DNA of 64,000 bases from an uncultured Thermoleophilia bacterium (GCA_963762125.1 CAVXJO010000007.1:167950-231949), one strand, 5' to 3'; counted from the stretch's first letter, positions 1 through 10,673 are shown. Made by a program: numbers and translations. Notes: generated from the letters alone by a model not told the origin.

Positions 1-293
1 AAGAAGAAGTACAGCCCGATGCCGTGGATCCACATGCCGGCGGTGACGTAGGCACCGAGTCCGAAGAAGGCGTTTTGGCCGAGGCTGACCTGGCCGGTGT
101 ACCCGCCGATGAGGTTCCAGCCCTGGGCGATGGTCAGGTAGATGCAGGTCAGGAAAACGTAGTAGCCGAAGTACGACACGTCGACGTTGATGACCATCGG
201 GATGAGCGCGAGGACCGCGACGAACGCGATCGCAAGCAGCCAGAGGATCTTCTCTTTACGCGAAAGACCACGGATGTAACCGACAATGGCCAT
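1..293 (-). CDS. livM: Branched-chain amino acid-type ABC transporter permease (LivM-like), N-terminal part; continues beyond the window edge
   Basis: Reverse-strand translation from the ATG at 293-291 reads MAIVGYIRGLSRKEKILWLLAIAFVAVLALIP..YFGYYVFLTCIYLTIAQGWNLIGGYTGQVSLGQNAFFGLGAY, a typical LivM N-terminus. It starts 3 nt after the livH stop, indicating translational coupling. Confidence 0.75.
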   Translation of the reverse strand, partial: MAIVGYIRGLSRKEKILWLLAIAFVAVLALIPMVINVDVSYFGYYVFLTCIYLTIAQGWNLIGGYTGQVSLGQNAFFGLGAYVTAGMWIHGIGLYFF

Positions 294-295
294 GC

Positions 296-1177
296 TCACA
301 CCTTCTTCACGACGGAACGAGCGCCGAACAGCCCCTGAGGCAGGAAGATCAGCACCAGGATGAAGACGGCGTAGGAGATGGCGTCCGACCAGCCGGCACC
401 GACGTAGTACGCCCCCAGACTCTCGATGACGCCGAGCAGCAGGCCCGCCATGAGCGCGCCCCAGACGTTGCCGATGCCGCCGAGGGCGAGCACGACGAGC
501 GCCTTGATGGCGAACACGAAGCCGTAGTTGGGGTCGAAGGAGTAAACGGAGGCCATTACGACCCCCGCAGTGCCGGCCAGGGCGATGCCGATGGCGAAGC
601 TGATCCCCGCGACGAAGTACGAGTTGATCCCCATCAGGCGGGTCGCCTGCATGTCCACCGAGGCTGCGCGGAGGGCGGTGCCGAGGAGCGTGCGCCGCAG
701 GAAGTAGTAGACGGCCGTCGCGGCGACGATGGCGATGACGAGGGCCATCAGGCGGACGAACGAGATGTTGATGGCGCCGAGGTGGAACGTGAGGTCCCCA
801 TAGGAGGTCTTCACGTACCGCGGGTTGGCCGTGAACGCCTTGAGCAGCAGGTTGTCAATCATGTACATAAGCCCGACTGCGAGCAGGAGCGACACGTTCT
901 TGTCCTCGAGTGCCGAGGCCTTCTTGAAGAGCAGGTAGAAGAGCCCGAGACCCACGAGGAGCGAAACCGGGATGACGATGATCGCCGACAGGTACGGGTC
1001 GATGTGCAGGAGTTCGTGCAGCCAGTACACGAGGTAGGCGAAGAGGACGATCATCGTCCCCTGCGCGAGGAAGATGATGCGCATCGTGCCGAAGATCACG
1101 GACAGGCCGATGGCGGCCACGCCGTACATGGTGCCGAAGAGGATGCCGTTGATGATGACCTGAAGGAGGATGCTCAT
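296..1177 (-). CDS. livH: Branched-chain amino acid-type ABC transporter permease (LivH-like)
   Basis: 293 aa polytopic membrane protein with the LivH/HAAT permease signature (…LAQGTMIVLFAYLVYW…, …AGISFAIGIALAGTAGVV…). It overlaps the livF stop by 4 nt. Confidence 0.85.
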   Translation of the reverse strand: MSILLQVIINGILFGTMYGVAAIGLSVIFGTMRIIFLAQGTMIVLFAYLVYWLHELLHIDPYLSAIIVIPVSLLVGLGLFYLLFKKASALEDKNVSLLLAVGLMYMIDNLLLKAFTANPRYVKTSYGDLTFHLGAINISFVRLMALVIAIVAATAVYYFLRRTLLGTALRAASVDMQATRLMGINSYFVAGISFAIGIALAGTAGVVMASVYSFDPNYGFVFAIKALVVLALGGIGNVWGALMAGLLLGVIESLGAYYVGAGWSDAISYAVFILVLIFLPQGLFGARSVVKKV

Positions 1178-1908
1178 ACGACCCGACTCCCACGCTTTCC
1201 GAGGTAGGCTGCGCAGACGTCCTCGTCCGCGAGCAGTTCCTGACCGGTTCCGCTCAGGGCGACACGGCCGTTCTGGAACACATAGCCCCGGTCACAGATG
1301 TTGAGGGCCATGTGGATGTTCTGCTCGACCAGCAGCACCGTGGTGCCCTGGTCGTGGAGGACTCCGATCAGTTCGAAGATCTGCCTGGTGAGCTTCGGGC
1401 TCAGGCCGAGCGACGCCTCGTCGATCATCACGAGGCGGGGCCGCGCCATCACAGCGCGCCCGATCGCGAGCATCTGCTGCTCGCCGCCGCTGAGCAGTCC
1501 GGCCTTTCCGTTCTCGCGGTCCTTGAGCACCGGGAAGAGGCCGTAGACACGCTCCAGCGAGTCCGACAACGCGGCGCGGGCCTTGGGCAGGTACGCGCCG
1601 AGGCGCAGGTTCTCGTAGATGGTCAGATCGGGGAACAAGCGCCTACCCTCGGGCACCTGCACGATGCCGAGCTCGACGCGCTGTTTCATCGAGTACTTCT
1701 GGAGTTCCTGCCCCTCGAACGTGATGCTGCCCTTCGACCGTGGCAGCAGGCCCGAGATGGCGTTGAGCAGGGTGGTCTTGCCGGCGCCGTTGACTCCGAC
1801 GAGCGCAACGATGGTGCCTTCTTCGACCGAGAGCGAGGCCCCTGCGAGAGCGCGCACGTCCCCGTAGGAAACGCTCAGGTCGGTGACTTCAAGCAACTGG
1901 TTCGCCAA
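1174..1908 (-). CDS. livF: ABC transporter ATP-binding protein (LivF-like)
   Basis: Walker A GVNGAGKTT, ABC signature LSGGEQQML, Walker B LVMIDEAS. 244 aa. Confidence 0.88.
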   Translation of the reverse strand: MANQLLEVTDLSVSYGDVRALAGASLSVEEGTIVALVGVNGAGKTTLLNAISGLLPRSKGSITFEGQELQKYSMKQRVELGIVQVPEGRRLFPDLTIYENLRLGAYLPKARAALSDSLERVYGLFPVLKDRENGKAGLLSGGEQQMLAIGRAVMARPRLVMIDEASLGLSPKLTRQIFELIGVLHDQGTTVLLVEQNIHMALNICDRGYVFQNGRVALSGTGQELLADEDVCAAYLGKRGSRVV

Positions 1909-2626
1909 GGTATGCCTCGATTACTCTCGCGTCGCAGGCCACGTCGTCGGGACACGCGTCGGCGATCTTGGCACCGTAGTCCAGGACGCCCACGCGATCA
2001 CAGAAATCGAGCACGGCATCGACCTTGTGCTCGATCCACAGCAGGGAGAACTTGCGCTCCTTCTTGGTCGCCCTGAGAACCTCGAACAAGTGGTCGATCT
2101 CGGTCGCCGTAAGGCCCGCCATCGGCTCGTCCAGCAGGATGAGGCTGGGCATGGAGGCGAGACTCATGGCGATCTCCAGGAGCCGGCGATCGGAGAGCGT
2201 GAGGTGCTTGGTGCTCTCGTGGGCCTTGGTGGACAACTCGACCAGTTCGAGCGCCTCAAGCGTGCGCTCCTTGGGTCCCTGCTCGAGGTGCCTGCCGCCG
2301 TAGACGGCGGCGGTCATCACGTTCTCGTAGGCAGTCATCTTGAGGAACGCGCGCACGAGCTGGTAGGTCCTGGCGATGCCCGCGTGGCAGATCTTGTGGG
2401 GCGCCATGCCGGCGACCTCCCGGCCCTTGAACCTGATGCTCCCGGAGTCCGGGGTGTAGATGGCCGTGACCAGGTTGAACACCGTGGACTTGCCGGCCCC
2501 GTTGGGCCCGATGAGACCGACGATCTCCTCTTCATCCACGCGGAAGTCCAGGTCGATGATCACCCTGAGCCCGCCGAACCGCTTGTTGACGTGGTCCAGG
2601 ACCAGGAGTTCGTCGCCCGCAGCCAC
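1889..2626 (-). CDS. livG: ABC transporter ATP-binding protein (LivG-like)
   Basis: Walker A GPNGAGKST, signature LSDRRLLEIAM, Walker B ILLDEPMAG. 245 aa. It overlaps livF. Confidence 0.88.
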   Translation of the reverse strand: MAAGDELLVLDHVNKRFGGLRVIIDLDFRVDEEEIVGLIGPNGAGKSTVFNLVTAIYTPDSGSIRFKGREVAGMAPHKICHAGIARTYQLVRAFLKMTAYENVMTAAVYGGRHLEQGPKERTLEALELVELSTKAHESTKHLTLSDRRLLEIAMSLASMPSLILLDEPMAGLTATEIDHLFEVLRATKKERKFSLLWIEHKVDAVLDFCDRVGVLDYGAKIADACPDDVACDARVIEAYLGEPVA

Positions 2627-2861
2627 CTTCAGCGCTCCCCACGAAACAGCGGGAGGCTGCTGAGTCTTGCTCGCATTGCACTCATATGCGCTCCATTCTC
2701 AAGACCGGACCCGGGCGCGGGGTGGCGCTTTGGGCCCTTGACCGAGGCCGGTGGCGTGCCCCCTCCCCTCAGGAGAACAGAGGGGGCACGCCCGGCCTTC
2801 TCTCCCCGACGCCGGCGGCGCACTGCAGCCGCCGTCGGGGGTGGTCGTCGCTAGTCTGCCG

Positions 2862-4184
2862 TCAGCGCTGGTCCCACGGTACGAACCACTCCAGCGGCAC
2901 GGACCCGCCCTCGACCGTCGGGACGATCAGGGCGCGCTTCTCGTTGAGCCACTCGTTGCCGACACCCGGCGTCGTGCAGATGCCCTTCGCGTTGAAGGTG
3001 ACGTCGCCCATTGTCGTCGCGGTGAAGGTCTGGCCCCAGACCGCGTCGCGCACGGCGGTCGGGTCGGTCGAGTTGGCGTTGGCGATGGCCTGGAAGAGCA
3101 CCTGCGCCGCAGCGTAGGAGAGGCCGATGCTTACGGAGCTGTCGCCATTGTGGTCGGCCGCGTACTTGTCGCCGAGCTCCTTGGCGCCGGGGTAGCCGAG
3201 GTCCATGTTCCAGAAGCCGTCATGGCCGAGGTAGTTGGCGTCCGCGCCGAGGGCCTGCGGGATCTGGGTCGGCCAGTAGCCCTTCCAGCCGAAGAAGAAC
3301 TTGGGCGAGTAGTTGGCTTCCTTCATCTGCTTGACGAAAGTGACCGCGTCGGCCGGCGAGTTGAAGGCGCAGAGGCCGTCGACGCCGGCATTCTTGAGCT
3401 TGAGGATGGCGGCCGAGAAGTCCTTCCCGCCCGGCGTCATCGCCTGGGTCATGACGAAGTTGAAGCCCTTCGCCTTGGCGGTCGCCTCGACGCCGCCGGC
3501 GAGGCCCTGGCCGTCTGCATTGTCCTCGGTGAACATGCCCCACTTCTTGGGCCACTCGCTCTTCGGCATGGTTGCGACCATGTCGAACGGCACGGCGGCC
3601 GCGATGGCCGGGGTGAAGAACATATCGGCCACGTACTGGTAGTTCTCTTTCTCGATCCAGTCGGCCCAGCTGATGTTCATCATGTAGAAGGCTTTGTACT
3701 TGTCGGCCACTGTCGCTGCGGCCATGTTGATCGGCGTCACCTGGCTCGAGAGGATCAGCTTGAGGCCGTCGATCTTGATGAGCTGCTCCATGGCGGCGGC
3801 GGCCTGGCTCGGGTCGGACTGGTCGTCCGCGTACTTGAGCTCGACCTGGTAGTGCTTGCCGTTCATGAGGATGCCGCCGGCGGCGTTGGTGTCCTTGACC
3901 GCCTGGTCGTACGCCCACTTCTGCTCCGACCCACCCATGGCGCCGTCGCCGGTGGTGGTATTAACGGCGCCGATGGTGATGGTGCCTCCATCGAAGCCTC
4001 CGGTGGCCTGGTCGTTTGTGGTGCTCGACGTGCTACCGCCGGTGGCGCCGCAAGCCGTAAGAGCCACGGCCGCCGCCAGGACCACGAGTAGCACGAGCGC
4101 GAATGCGAGTGCACGCTTTCTTGTCACTGTTTTCCCCCTCGGTGCGGATGCTGGTCGAAAGACGCGAGATCCCGATTCCGGCAC
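2862..4184 (-). CDS. Liv-type (family 4) ABC transporter substrate-binding lipoprotein. The true start is probably internal (a GTG before RKRALAFALVLLVVLAAAVALTAC).
   Basis: Signal peptide plus lipobox LTAC followed by a Gly/Thr-rich linker. The mature domain is a LivK/LivJ-like periplasmic binding fold (…GKHYQVELKYADDQSDP…AAAMEQLI…). It is the first gene of the liv-like operon on the minus strand. Confidence 0.8.
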   Translation of the reverse strand: MPESGSRVFRPASAPRGKTVTRKRALAFALVLLVVLAAAVALTACGATGGSTSSTTNDQATGGFDGGTITIGAVNTTTGDGAMGGSEQKWAYDQAVKDTNAAGGILMNGKHYQVELKYADDQSDPSQAAAAMEQLIKIDGLKLILSSQVTPINMAAATVADKYKAFYMMNISWADWIEKENYQYVADMFFTPAIAAAVPFDMVATMPKSEWPKKWGMFTEDNADGQGLAGGVEATAKAKGFNFVMTQAMTPGGKDFSAAILKLKNAGVDGLCAFNSPADAVTFVKQMKEANYSPKFFFGWKGYWPTQIPQALGADANYLGHDGFWNMDLGYPGAKELGDKYAADHNGDSSVSIGLSYAAAQVLFQAIANANSTDPTAVRDAVWGQTFTATTMGDVTFNAKGICTTPGVGNEWLNEKRALIVPTVEGGSVPLEWFVPWDQR

Positions 4185-4620
4185 GGCCTCCGGACCTCAG
4201 CGTGCCGACTCCCTGCTCAGGGCGAGCCGCGCTTCACGAGCGCGTGATGGCTTGAGCCGCGGCGCACGGCTGGCGCGCCATCGGAAGCCTCGTCACACCG
4301 CCTCCCTCCTGGTTGGATATTGTTCCGTCGGGAGGGCCCCCTGATCGTGCTGCCCTCGCGACCCCGAATCGCCAAACACAAGGAGTGTCCACATATCGAA
4401 CTACGTTATCGCCATGCGAACAATAGAGATGTGGGCCACAATAGGGACGTGCGGAATCCGTGTCAAGGGGCAAATGAAATGCTCATCCCACTTAGGCGCG
4501 AGTGCGAGCCTGAATATGGGAAGTGGCTACCAAACTAGCATGGAGCGGGACTCCGCCCGACGAGCCGCACGTGGGAGAGGAGAGGCCGGTCGACCGTGGC
4601 CGAGCCCAGTGACAGACCAC

Positions 4621-4653
4621 CCGGACGTTCGTACAGTGTCGAAAGACGTCCGG
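4621..4653. promoter_or_regulatory. Perfect 8-bp inverted repeat (CCGGACGT-N17-ACGTCCGG) in the 570-bp intergenic/leader region upstream of the liv-like operon
   Basis: Read directly from the sequence. The locally lower-GC region 4320-4540 probably holds the promoter. Confidence 0.35.
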
Positions 4654-4757
4654 GCCCGGGTGGCACCGGCTGCGAATTGGGAGGCGGCCCGTCGCGGAAC
4701 GGGCGAGAGCCGGGTCAGAAAGAGTTGGCGGGCGCGGAGAGCGCCGCCTGCGCGGCG

Positions 4758-5492
4758 TCACGCGCGCGTACCACAGCAGCCACGATCTGACTCGTGGTTC
4801 GCGTCCCAGTGTTCCTTGGTCACGACGGCGGCGATCGAGACGACGTCGCCCATGACGCTGCGCACGTAGGCGCCGCACGCGCAGACGCCCAGTGTGTACT
4901 CTTCCAGGTCGTAGGCGAGGCCGGTGCGCCGCACCTCGGCGACCTCCGCCCTGAGCACGTCCCGGTCGGTGATGGTCTTGCCGGTCATGCGGATGAGCTC
5001 CTGCGGCAGGATGTCTTCCATCTCAATCGGTGAGAGCGAGGCCAGCAGGGCCTTGCCGTTGGCGCTGCAGTGCAACGGCCCGCGCGTGCCCACGTTGGTG
5101 ATGGCCCGCATCACTCGGCGCGTGACGTACTGGTCGACGAACAGCACCTCGCCCGCATACAGCACCGCCTCTTCGGTGTGCTCGTCGATCTCACGGGCGA
5201 GTTGCTCGAGGAACGGCCGCATGTCGTTGCGGATGTCGCGGGTATTGGCGATGGCAACGCGCATGAGCCCCGGGCCGATCAGGATCCTTCCCGAGGGCAG
5301 CATGCGCACGAAATCCTCGGCGGCGAGCGCCTTGACGAGGCGGTATACCGTCGGGCGAGGGATGTCGCACTGGTCGGCGATCTCCTGCGGGGTCAGGCCC
5401 TCCGAATTGGCGGACAGCGCCCGGAGCAGGCTGGCCACCCGGGCGACCACCTGAATCCCATCCCGGCGCTCCTTCGGCGACGTCTCGATCAT
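4758..5492 (-). CDS. IclR-family transcriptional regulator
   Basis: N-terminal wHTH (LTPQEIADQCDIPRPTVYRLVKALAAEDFV) and a C-terminal IclR effector domain. 244 aa. Confidence 0.88.
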   Translation of the reverse strand: MIETSPKERRDGIQVVARVASLLRALSANSEGLTPQEIADQCDIPRPTVYRLVKALAAEDFVRMLPSGRILIGPGLMRVAIANTRDIRNDMRPFLEQLAREIDEHTEEAVLYAGEVLFVDQYVTRRVMRAITNVGTRGPLHCSANGKALLASLSPIEMEDILPQELIRMTGKTITDRDVLRAEVAEVRRTGLAYDLEEYTLGVCACGAYVRSVMGDVVSIAAVVTKEHWDANHESDRGCCGTRA

Positions 5493-5711
5493 TTCGGCTC
5501 TACCTCACGACGAGACAGCGGCTGCCGATGACCGGCAACCAGGTGACTGTATTTTCGGCTCGCGCCGCGAGCCCGCACACTCCCGGCACGTCACAGATGA
5601 CACCGAACCACGATCGGCGCCGCTCACCCCGGCGCAGGACGATTGCTGTTCGCATCATGGACATGAGTATCACGGTGTGCGCGCGTGTGGCAAGCGACGG
5701 CCGGCACAAAC

Positions 5712-5744
5712 GGGGCGCCGCCGGCCTGAGCCGGGCGGCGCCCC
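5712..5744. terminator. GC-rich hairpin (GGGGCGCCGCCGGCC-tgag-CCGGGCGGCGCCCC)
   Basis: Near-perfect 14-bp stem downstream of the molybdoenzyme small-subunit gene (minus strand). Confidence 0.4.
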
Positions 5745-5838
5745 TCACACGCCTCGCGGCAGCAGAACGCCGCGGGCTGCTGCGGGGATGGAGGGCAGGC
5801 GGGGGGTCGGCCCTCCAGGGGGCCCGCAGCGATCTGGG

Positions 5839-5871
5839 GGCCGGCGCCGCTCGAAAGCGGCGGCGCCGGCC
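5839..5871. terminator. GC-rich hairpin (GGCCGGCGCCGC-tcgaaa-GCGGCGCCGGCC) immediately after the small-subunit stop
   Basis: 12-bp perfect stem. No U-tract, which is typical for high-GC actinobacterial terminators. Confidence 0.45.
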
Positions 5872-5878
5872 GCTTCTC

Positions 5879-6717
5879 CTACGCCTTCTCCAGCACCACC
5901 GTCCCGGCGTTCAGGCTGGCGTCAACCTGCACGGTGAGCTCGGCCGGCTTGTAGCCGTCGGCCTCGATGCGCACGACGTACTCGTGGCCCGGCTCGAGGA
6001 TAGTCGATGGCGACCTCGCCGAACAGGTCGGCGATGCCCTCGGCCGCCGATGGCGCCGTCGCGCAGCACGGTCACCGTCGCGCCGGCTCGGCGCACTCGT
6101 CGCTGTCGCCGAACACGACGCTGGCGCCGACGAACGCCTTCTCCCAGCGGTGCAGGTTCTTGTAGTACACGCGCGGCTTGGTGCCGAGGGAGTCGCGGTA
6201 GCGCTCGAGGCTTCTCCGTGGCGACCAGCGCCTCGATCTCCGCCTCCTCGGCGAGCACGAGCTTGATCGCCTCGGTCGGGCAGACCTGGCTGCAGCGCGT
6301 CTCGGTCCAGCCGTCGTCGAGCAGGTGCGCGCAGCCGGTGCACTTCTGCGCCAGTTCCTTCTCCTCGTTCCAGTAGATGGCCGAGTACGGGCAGCTGGCG
6401 ACGATCTCCTTGCGGCCCTTGGCCTTGACCGGGTCGATGATGACGAGGCCGTCGTCGCGCTTGTACACGGCGCCGTCGGCGGTGAGGCAGGGCGCCTCGT
6501 CGCAGTGCATGCACGGCATGGGCAGGTAGGCGGTCTGCACCAGCGGGTACTGGCCGCGCTCCTTGCGCTTGATGTTCATCCAGCGGTGGCCGTGCCAGGG
6601 CTGGGCCGCCGAATACGGCGGGAACTCGTTGTCGACGAACTCGTCCTTATCTGCCAGGAAGCAGTCGTTGCAGTCGTGACAGCGGGCGACGTCGACGATC
6701 AGGTGCCAGCTCTTCAT
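5879..6717 (-). pseudogene. Molybdoenzyme small (beta) subunit, copy 1: a 3x[4Fe-4S] ferredoxin domain plus a C-terminal beta-barrel domain (pyrogallol transhydroxylase BthL-like). The C-terminal half is disrupted by about 4-5 frameshifts.
   Basis: The N-terminal 180 aa are intact (MKSWHLIVDVARCHDCNDCFL…CMHCDEAPCL…CTGCAHLLDDGWTETRCSQVCPTEAI). The remainder is found piecewise in three frames: …TKPRVYYKNLHRWEKAFVGASVVFGDSDEC…, GATVTVLRDGAIG, …EPGHEYVVRIEADGYKPAELTVQVDASLNAGTVVLEKA. The start ATG overlaps the alpha stop (ATGA). Confidence 0.7.
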
Positions 6718-9318
6718 GAAGCCTCCCCCTCCCACTTCTCGACCTGGATCAGGCAGGAGTTGTTGGACATTGCCTGGGACGTCGGTGTGATCGTCCGCAT
6801 GTTGGTGAGGATGTTGACGCAGCCGGCGATGTCGGTGGACTCTCCAGGCTCGCCGGTCGGCAGGTAGTCGGCGCAGCTCTCGTAGGAGTGAACCGTGCCC
6901 GGCGCCACCCGTTCGGTGAGCTGCGCCGAGAGGATCACGGCGCCGCGGTCGTTGTAGGCGCGGATGAGGTCGCCTTCGGCGATGCCCCGCGCCTTCGCGT
7001 CGACGCTGTTCAGGCGCATGATCCAGTAGCGGTGCCCGTCGTCATGGAGGATGCGGTGCTCCTCCACCTCGTTGAGCCACGTGCCCTTGGAATCGCCCAT
7101 GGTGTGGAAGCTGAAGCGCGGGTGCGGGCTCACCATCTGCAGCGGGTACTTGCCGTACAGCTCGGTGGTGTGGTGCCCCTCCCAGCTGGCGATGAACTGC
7201 GGGCCCATCGCGGGACGCTCGGGGTCGACGACGTCCATCTCGAGGTTCTTGAGCGTCTTGCTCACGAACTCGATCTTGCCCGACGGCGTCTGCAGGCCCT
7301 GGAAGGCGACGGTGTCGCCGGGGCGCGGGCCCCAGTCGGGCGTGTCCCGCTTGCGGCCCTCGGCGAACCAGCGCATGGCCGGCGTGCTCTTGTAGTCGTC
7401 GGGGAACGGCACGACGACGTAGCCCTTCTTCTCGAAACTGCTCCCAGGTGGTGATCTTGGGGAGGTCGGTCGCGTCGAAGTAGGCCTTGCACCAGTCGAG
7501 CTCGTCCATGCCGCCCTCGGTGAAGACGTCGCCCATGCCCATGCGCTCGGCGACGGCGGCGAAGATGTCGTAGTCCGACTTGCTCTCGCCGAGCGGCTCG
7601 ATGCACTTCTTCTGGAAGACGATCACCCGGTGGTTGGTCTGGTTGTGGTTGTCCGGGATGTAGCCCGAGCAGTTGCCGAACTCGCTCATGTCCCAGCGCT
7701 CGAAGTTGGTGCAGGCCGGCAGGATGATGTCGGCGAACTTGGCCTCGCCCTCCATCCAGATGGACTGGTTGACCACCGTGCGCACGCCGCCCTCCCGATA
7801 CGCCTTCACGTAGCGGTTGGTCTGCTGCATGGTGCCGAAGAACGAGCCGCCGTAGCGCCAGTACATGGTGACGAACGGGTAGCCGGGCGCCGGGTACTGG
7901 TACTTCTGCATCTGGCTCTGGATGGACGGGCCGCAGAAGCCCTTGCCGCGCCACTCGAACTTCTCGTGCATCATCGCCTCGGGGATGCGCAGGCGCGGGA
8001 TGGCGATGCCCTCGGTCGAGTCGTGGGCGTTGACCGTGGGGTGCAGCCCGGTGCTATGGGCGAAGATGCGGTACAGCATGCGGTAGCCGGCCGCCGACTT
8101 CTCCGGGTCGCCGGACATGCCGCCCTCGGCGTAGCCGGGGAACACGAACGAGCAGTCTGAGGGCGCGCCCTGCGAGGTGCCCCAGATGTTGACGCCCGGC
8201 TTGCCGTAGCCCTGCATCGCGGCGAGCGCGACCATGGTGCGCGCCCACTCGTTGCCGGTGGCAGAGCGGCAGGCGCCGCCCCAACCGCCGAGGCCGCCGG
8301 CGGCGAGCATGACCTTCTTGGCGCCCCACTCGCGCGCGAGGGCGCGGATCTGCCGGGCTGGGATGCCGGATTCGCGCTCGGCCCACTCCGGCGTCTTGGG
8401 GACGTTGTCGCTCTTGCCGAGGACGTAGTCCTTCCACTCGTCGAACCCGATGGTGCGCTCGGCGACGTACTCCTTGTCGTAGAGGTCCTCGGCGAGCCAT
8501 GTGTGCGCGATGCCGAGGCCGAAGGCGACGTCGGTGCCCAGACGCGGCGCGAACCACTTGTCCGAGAAGAGTTCGGCCGTCGGATTGTAGTAAGGATCGA
8601 CGAACACCATCTTGATGCCGAGTTCCTTCATCCAGTAGCGCCGCGAGGTGCTCTCGAAGGCGGAGTAGATGCCGCCGCCGGTGGACTCAGGGTCGGCCGA
8701 CCAGAAGACGACCATCTCGGTGTGCTTGAGCGCGTCCTCGAGCAAGTCGTACTGCTCGGGGATGCCGAGGCGGTGGCTGTTGCCCCACATCGGCATGGCG
8801 CCCCAATGCCAACCCTCCCAGCTGTCCGGGTTGTGGGCCGTGTGGACCATCCCCATCAGGTTCAGGAAGCGGTAGTAGGCGCTGTGGCGATAGCCGAGGT
8901 TGCCCCAGAGGTGGTGCGAGCTGCAGGTGGTGAGGATCGCGCCGGGCCCGTTCTCGCGCTTCTCCCGGATCATCTCGGTGGTGACCAGATCGAGCGCCTC
9001 GTCCCAGCTGATCTCCTCGTAGCCGGAGATGCCGCGGTTCTGCGGGTTGCGCTCACCCTCCGGGTCCCAGTCCACGCGCTTCAGCGGGTGCAGGATGCGC
9101 TTCGGCGAGTACACCATGGACCGCTGCGCCTGCGCGTGCGGCGAGAGCGTCGTGCGGCGCGGGGGCGTGAACGTCCTGCCCCGCGCCTCGATCACCCAGT
9201 CGCCCTTGTCGTCGTCGGCCAGGTCGATCGGCGTCATGCGGACGATCTTGCCGTCCTCGACGTCGACGAACACCGGGCCGCCGGTGGTGCAGTTTGTGAG
9301 TCGCTGGACTTCGCCCAT
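6714..9318 (-). CDS. Molybdopterin (bis-MGD) oxidoreductase large subunit, copy 1. It is a pyrogallol-phloroglucinol transhydroxylase AthL-like member of the DMSO-reductase family. One frameshift near 7435.
   Basis: About 860 aa when the two ORFs 7042-9318 and 6714-7412 are joined. No N-terminal Cys cluster and no Tat signal. The frames join at …TTWEQF|EKKGYVVVPFPDDYK, where the plus strand reads ctcgaaactg and one base fewer would be in frame (a homopolymer +1). Confidence 0.75.
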
Positions 9319-9509
9319 ACTCGTGTGACCTCGCTTCCCAGGTGCTGCGTGCCGGCCGTACAGGCCGCCCGCGTTCCCCCGAACGCTGATTCATCCGCAT
9401 CGCGGACACGCTCGCCCGCATCATGGGCATCGTATCGTCGTGGGACGGCAAGTCAAGCGCGGCCGCCGCTGCGGCCCGCCGCGCCACATGCGCTACACTG
9501 CATCCTCGC

Positions 9510-10647
9510 CATGGGGCCCCAGCAGACAGACCGGGAACGCGTGCGCATCGGCGTCCTGCTCGCCGGCGGAGAGTCGCGGCGCATGGGCCGCGACAAGCGC
9601 GGACTGCGCCTCGGCGGCGAGACGCTGCTCGCGCGCAACCTCGCCTTTCTGCGCGGCCTCTTCCCGGTGACCGGACTCTCCGTGCGGAGCGCCCTCCAGG
9701 CGCCGGCGGACCTGCCCGAGGACGTCGTCGTGATCCCCGACGAGGTGCCCGGATCGCCGCTCGCCGGCCTCGCGTCGATCCTCGGACGGTTCGACGAACC
9801 CGTCTTCGCCATGGCGGCCGACCTCATCGCACCCGAGCTCGGCGCTGTCGGGCGCGTCCTCGACGCGTTCGACGAGGTGGACGTCGCTCTCCCCGTCGCC
9901 GAAGACCACCTCGAGCCGCTTCACGCCGTGTACGGCCCCGGCTGCCTGCCGCACATGCGCCGGCTGCTCGCCGCCGGCGCGCACAGCATCCTCGACCTCT
10001 TCCCGCTCGTGCGCGTGGCGCGCGTGCCGTTCGCCGACACGGCGCCGTTCTTCAACGTGAACACGCCGGCCGACTGGGTCGAGGCGCAGCGCCGGCTTGG
10101 CGGCGGCGCGGAGCCGGCGCCCGACGAGCGGCCGGCGCGGAACGGCGATGGGCCGGTCGTCCTCGGCATCGTCGGCCGGCCCAACAGCGGCAAGACGACG
10201 CTCATCGAGAAGCTGATCCCCGAGTTCACCCGCCGCGGCCTGCGCGTCGGCGCCGTCAAGCGCGTGGCCAGGTTCGACATCGACATGCCCGGCAAGGACT
10301 CGTGGCGTCACGGGCAGGCCGGCGCCGCCGCCTACACGGTCGCCTCGGCCTCCAAGCTCGCCTTCATCGCGCGCCGCGACGAGGAGGCGACCCTCGAGGA
10401 GATCGTCGCGCGCTACTTCGGTGGCTTCGACGTCGTGGTCTGCGAGGGCTACCGCCGCGAGGCGCCCGACGTCGTCGAGGTGTTCCGCGCGGCCGCCGGC
10501 TATGAGTCGATGGTCTGCGAGCCCGGCGAGCCGTTGGCGCTCGTCACCGACGCCGGCCTCGCGCACCGGCACCGCTTCGGGCTCGACGACGCCGCCGCCC
10601 TGGCGGCGTTCCTCGTCGCGCGTCTCGGCCTCGCCGCGCGCGCGTAG
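9510..10647 (+). CDS. mobA: Fused molybdenum cofactor guanylyltransferase MobA / MobB protein
   Basis: N-terminal domain LLAGGESRRMGRDKRGL (MobA nucleotide-binding motif). C-terminal domain GIVGRPNSGKTTLIEKL…DMPGKDSWRHGQAGAAAY (MobB P-loop). The upstream part of the long ORF is antisense to the neighbouring gene and is not coding. Confidence 0.85.
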
Positions 10648-10673
10648 TCTCCGCCGCCGCGGCGCGCGACCTG

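Noticed and set aside
2751-4091. 446-aa ORF on the plus strand opposite the liv-like SBP gene
   Set aside because: It lies antisense to a gene with strong homology-style features. Its Arg/Gly/Ala/Val-rich composition is typical of spurious ORFs in about 70% GC DNA. It has no recognisable motifs.
8503-9509. N-terminal 335 codons of the 714-aa ORF that ends as mobAB
   Set aside because: This portion is antisense to the molybdoenzyme alpha-subunit gene and reads as low-complexity sequence. The genuine mobA start (ATG at 9510) is preceded by the end of that overlap.
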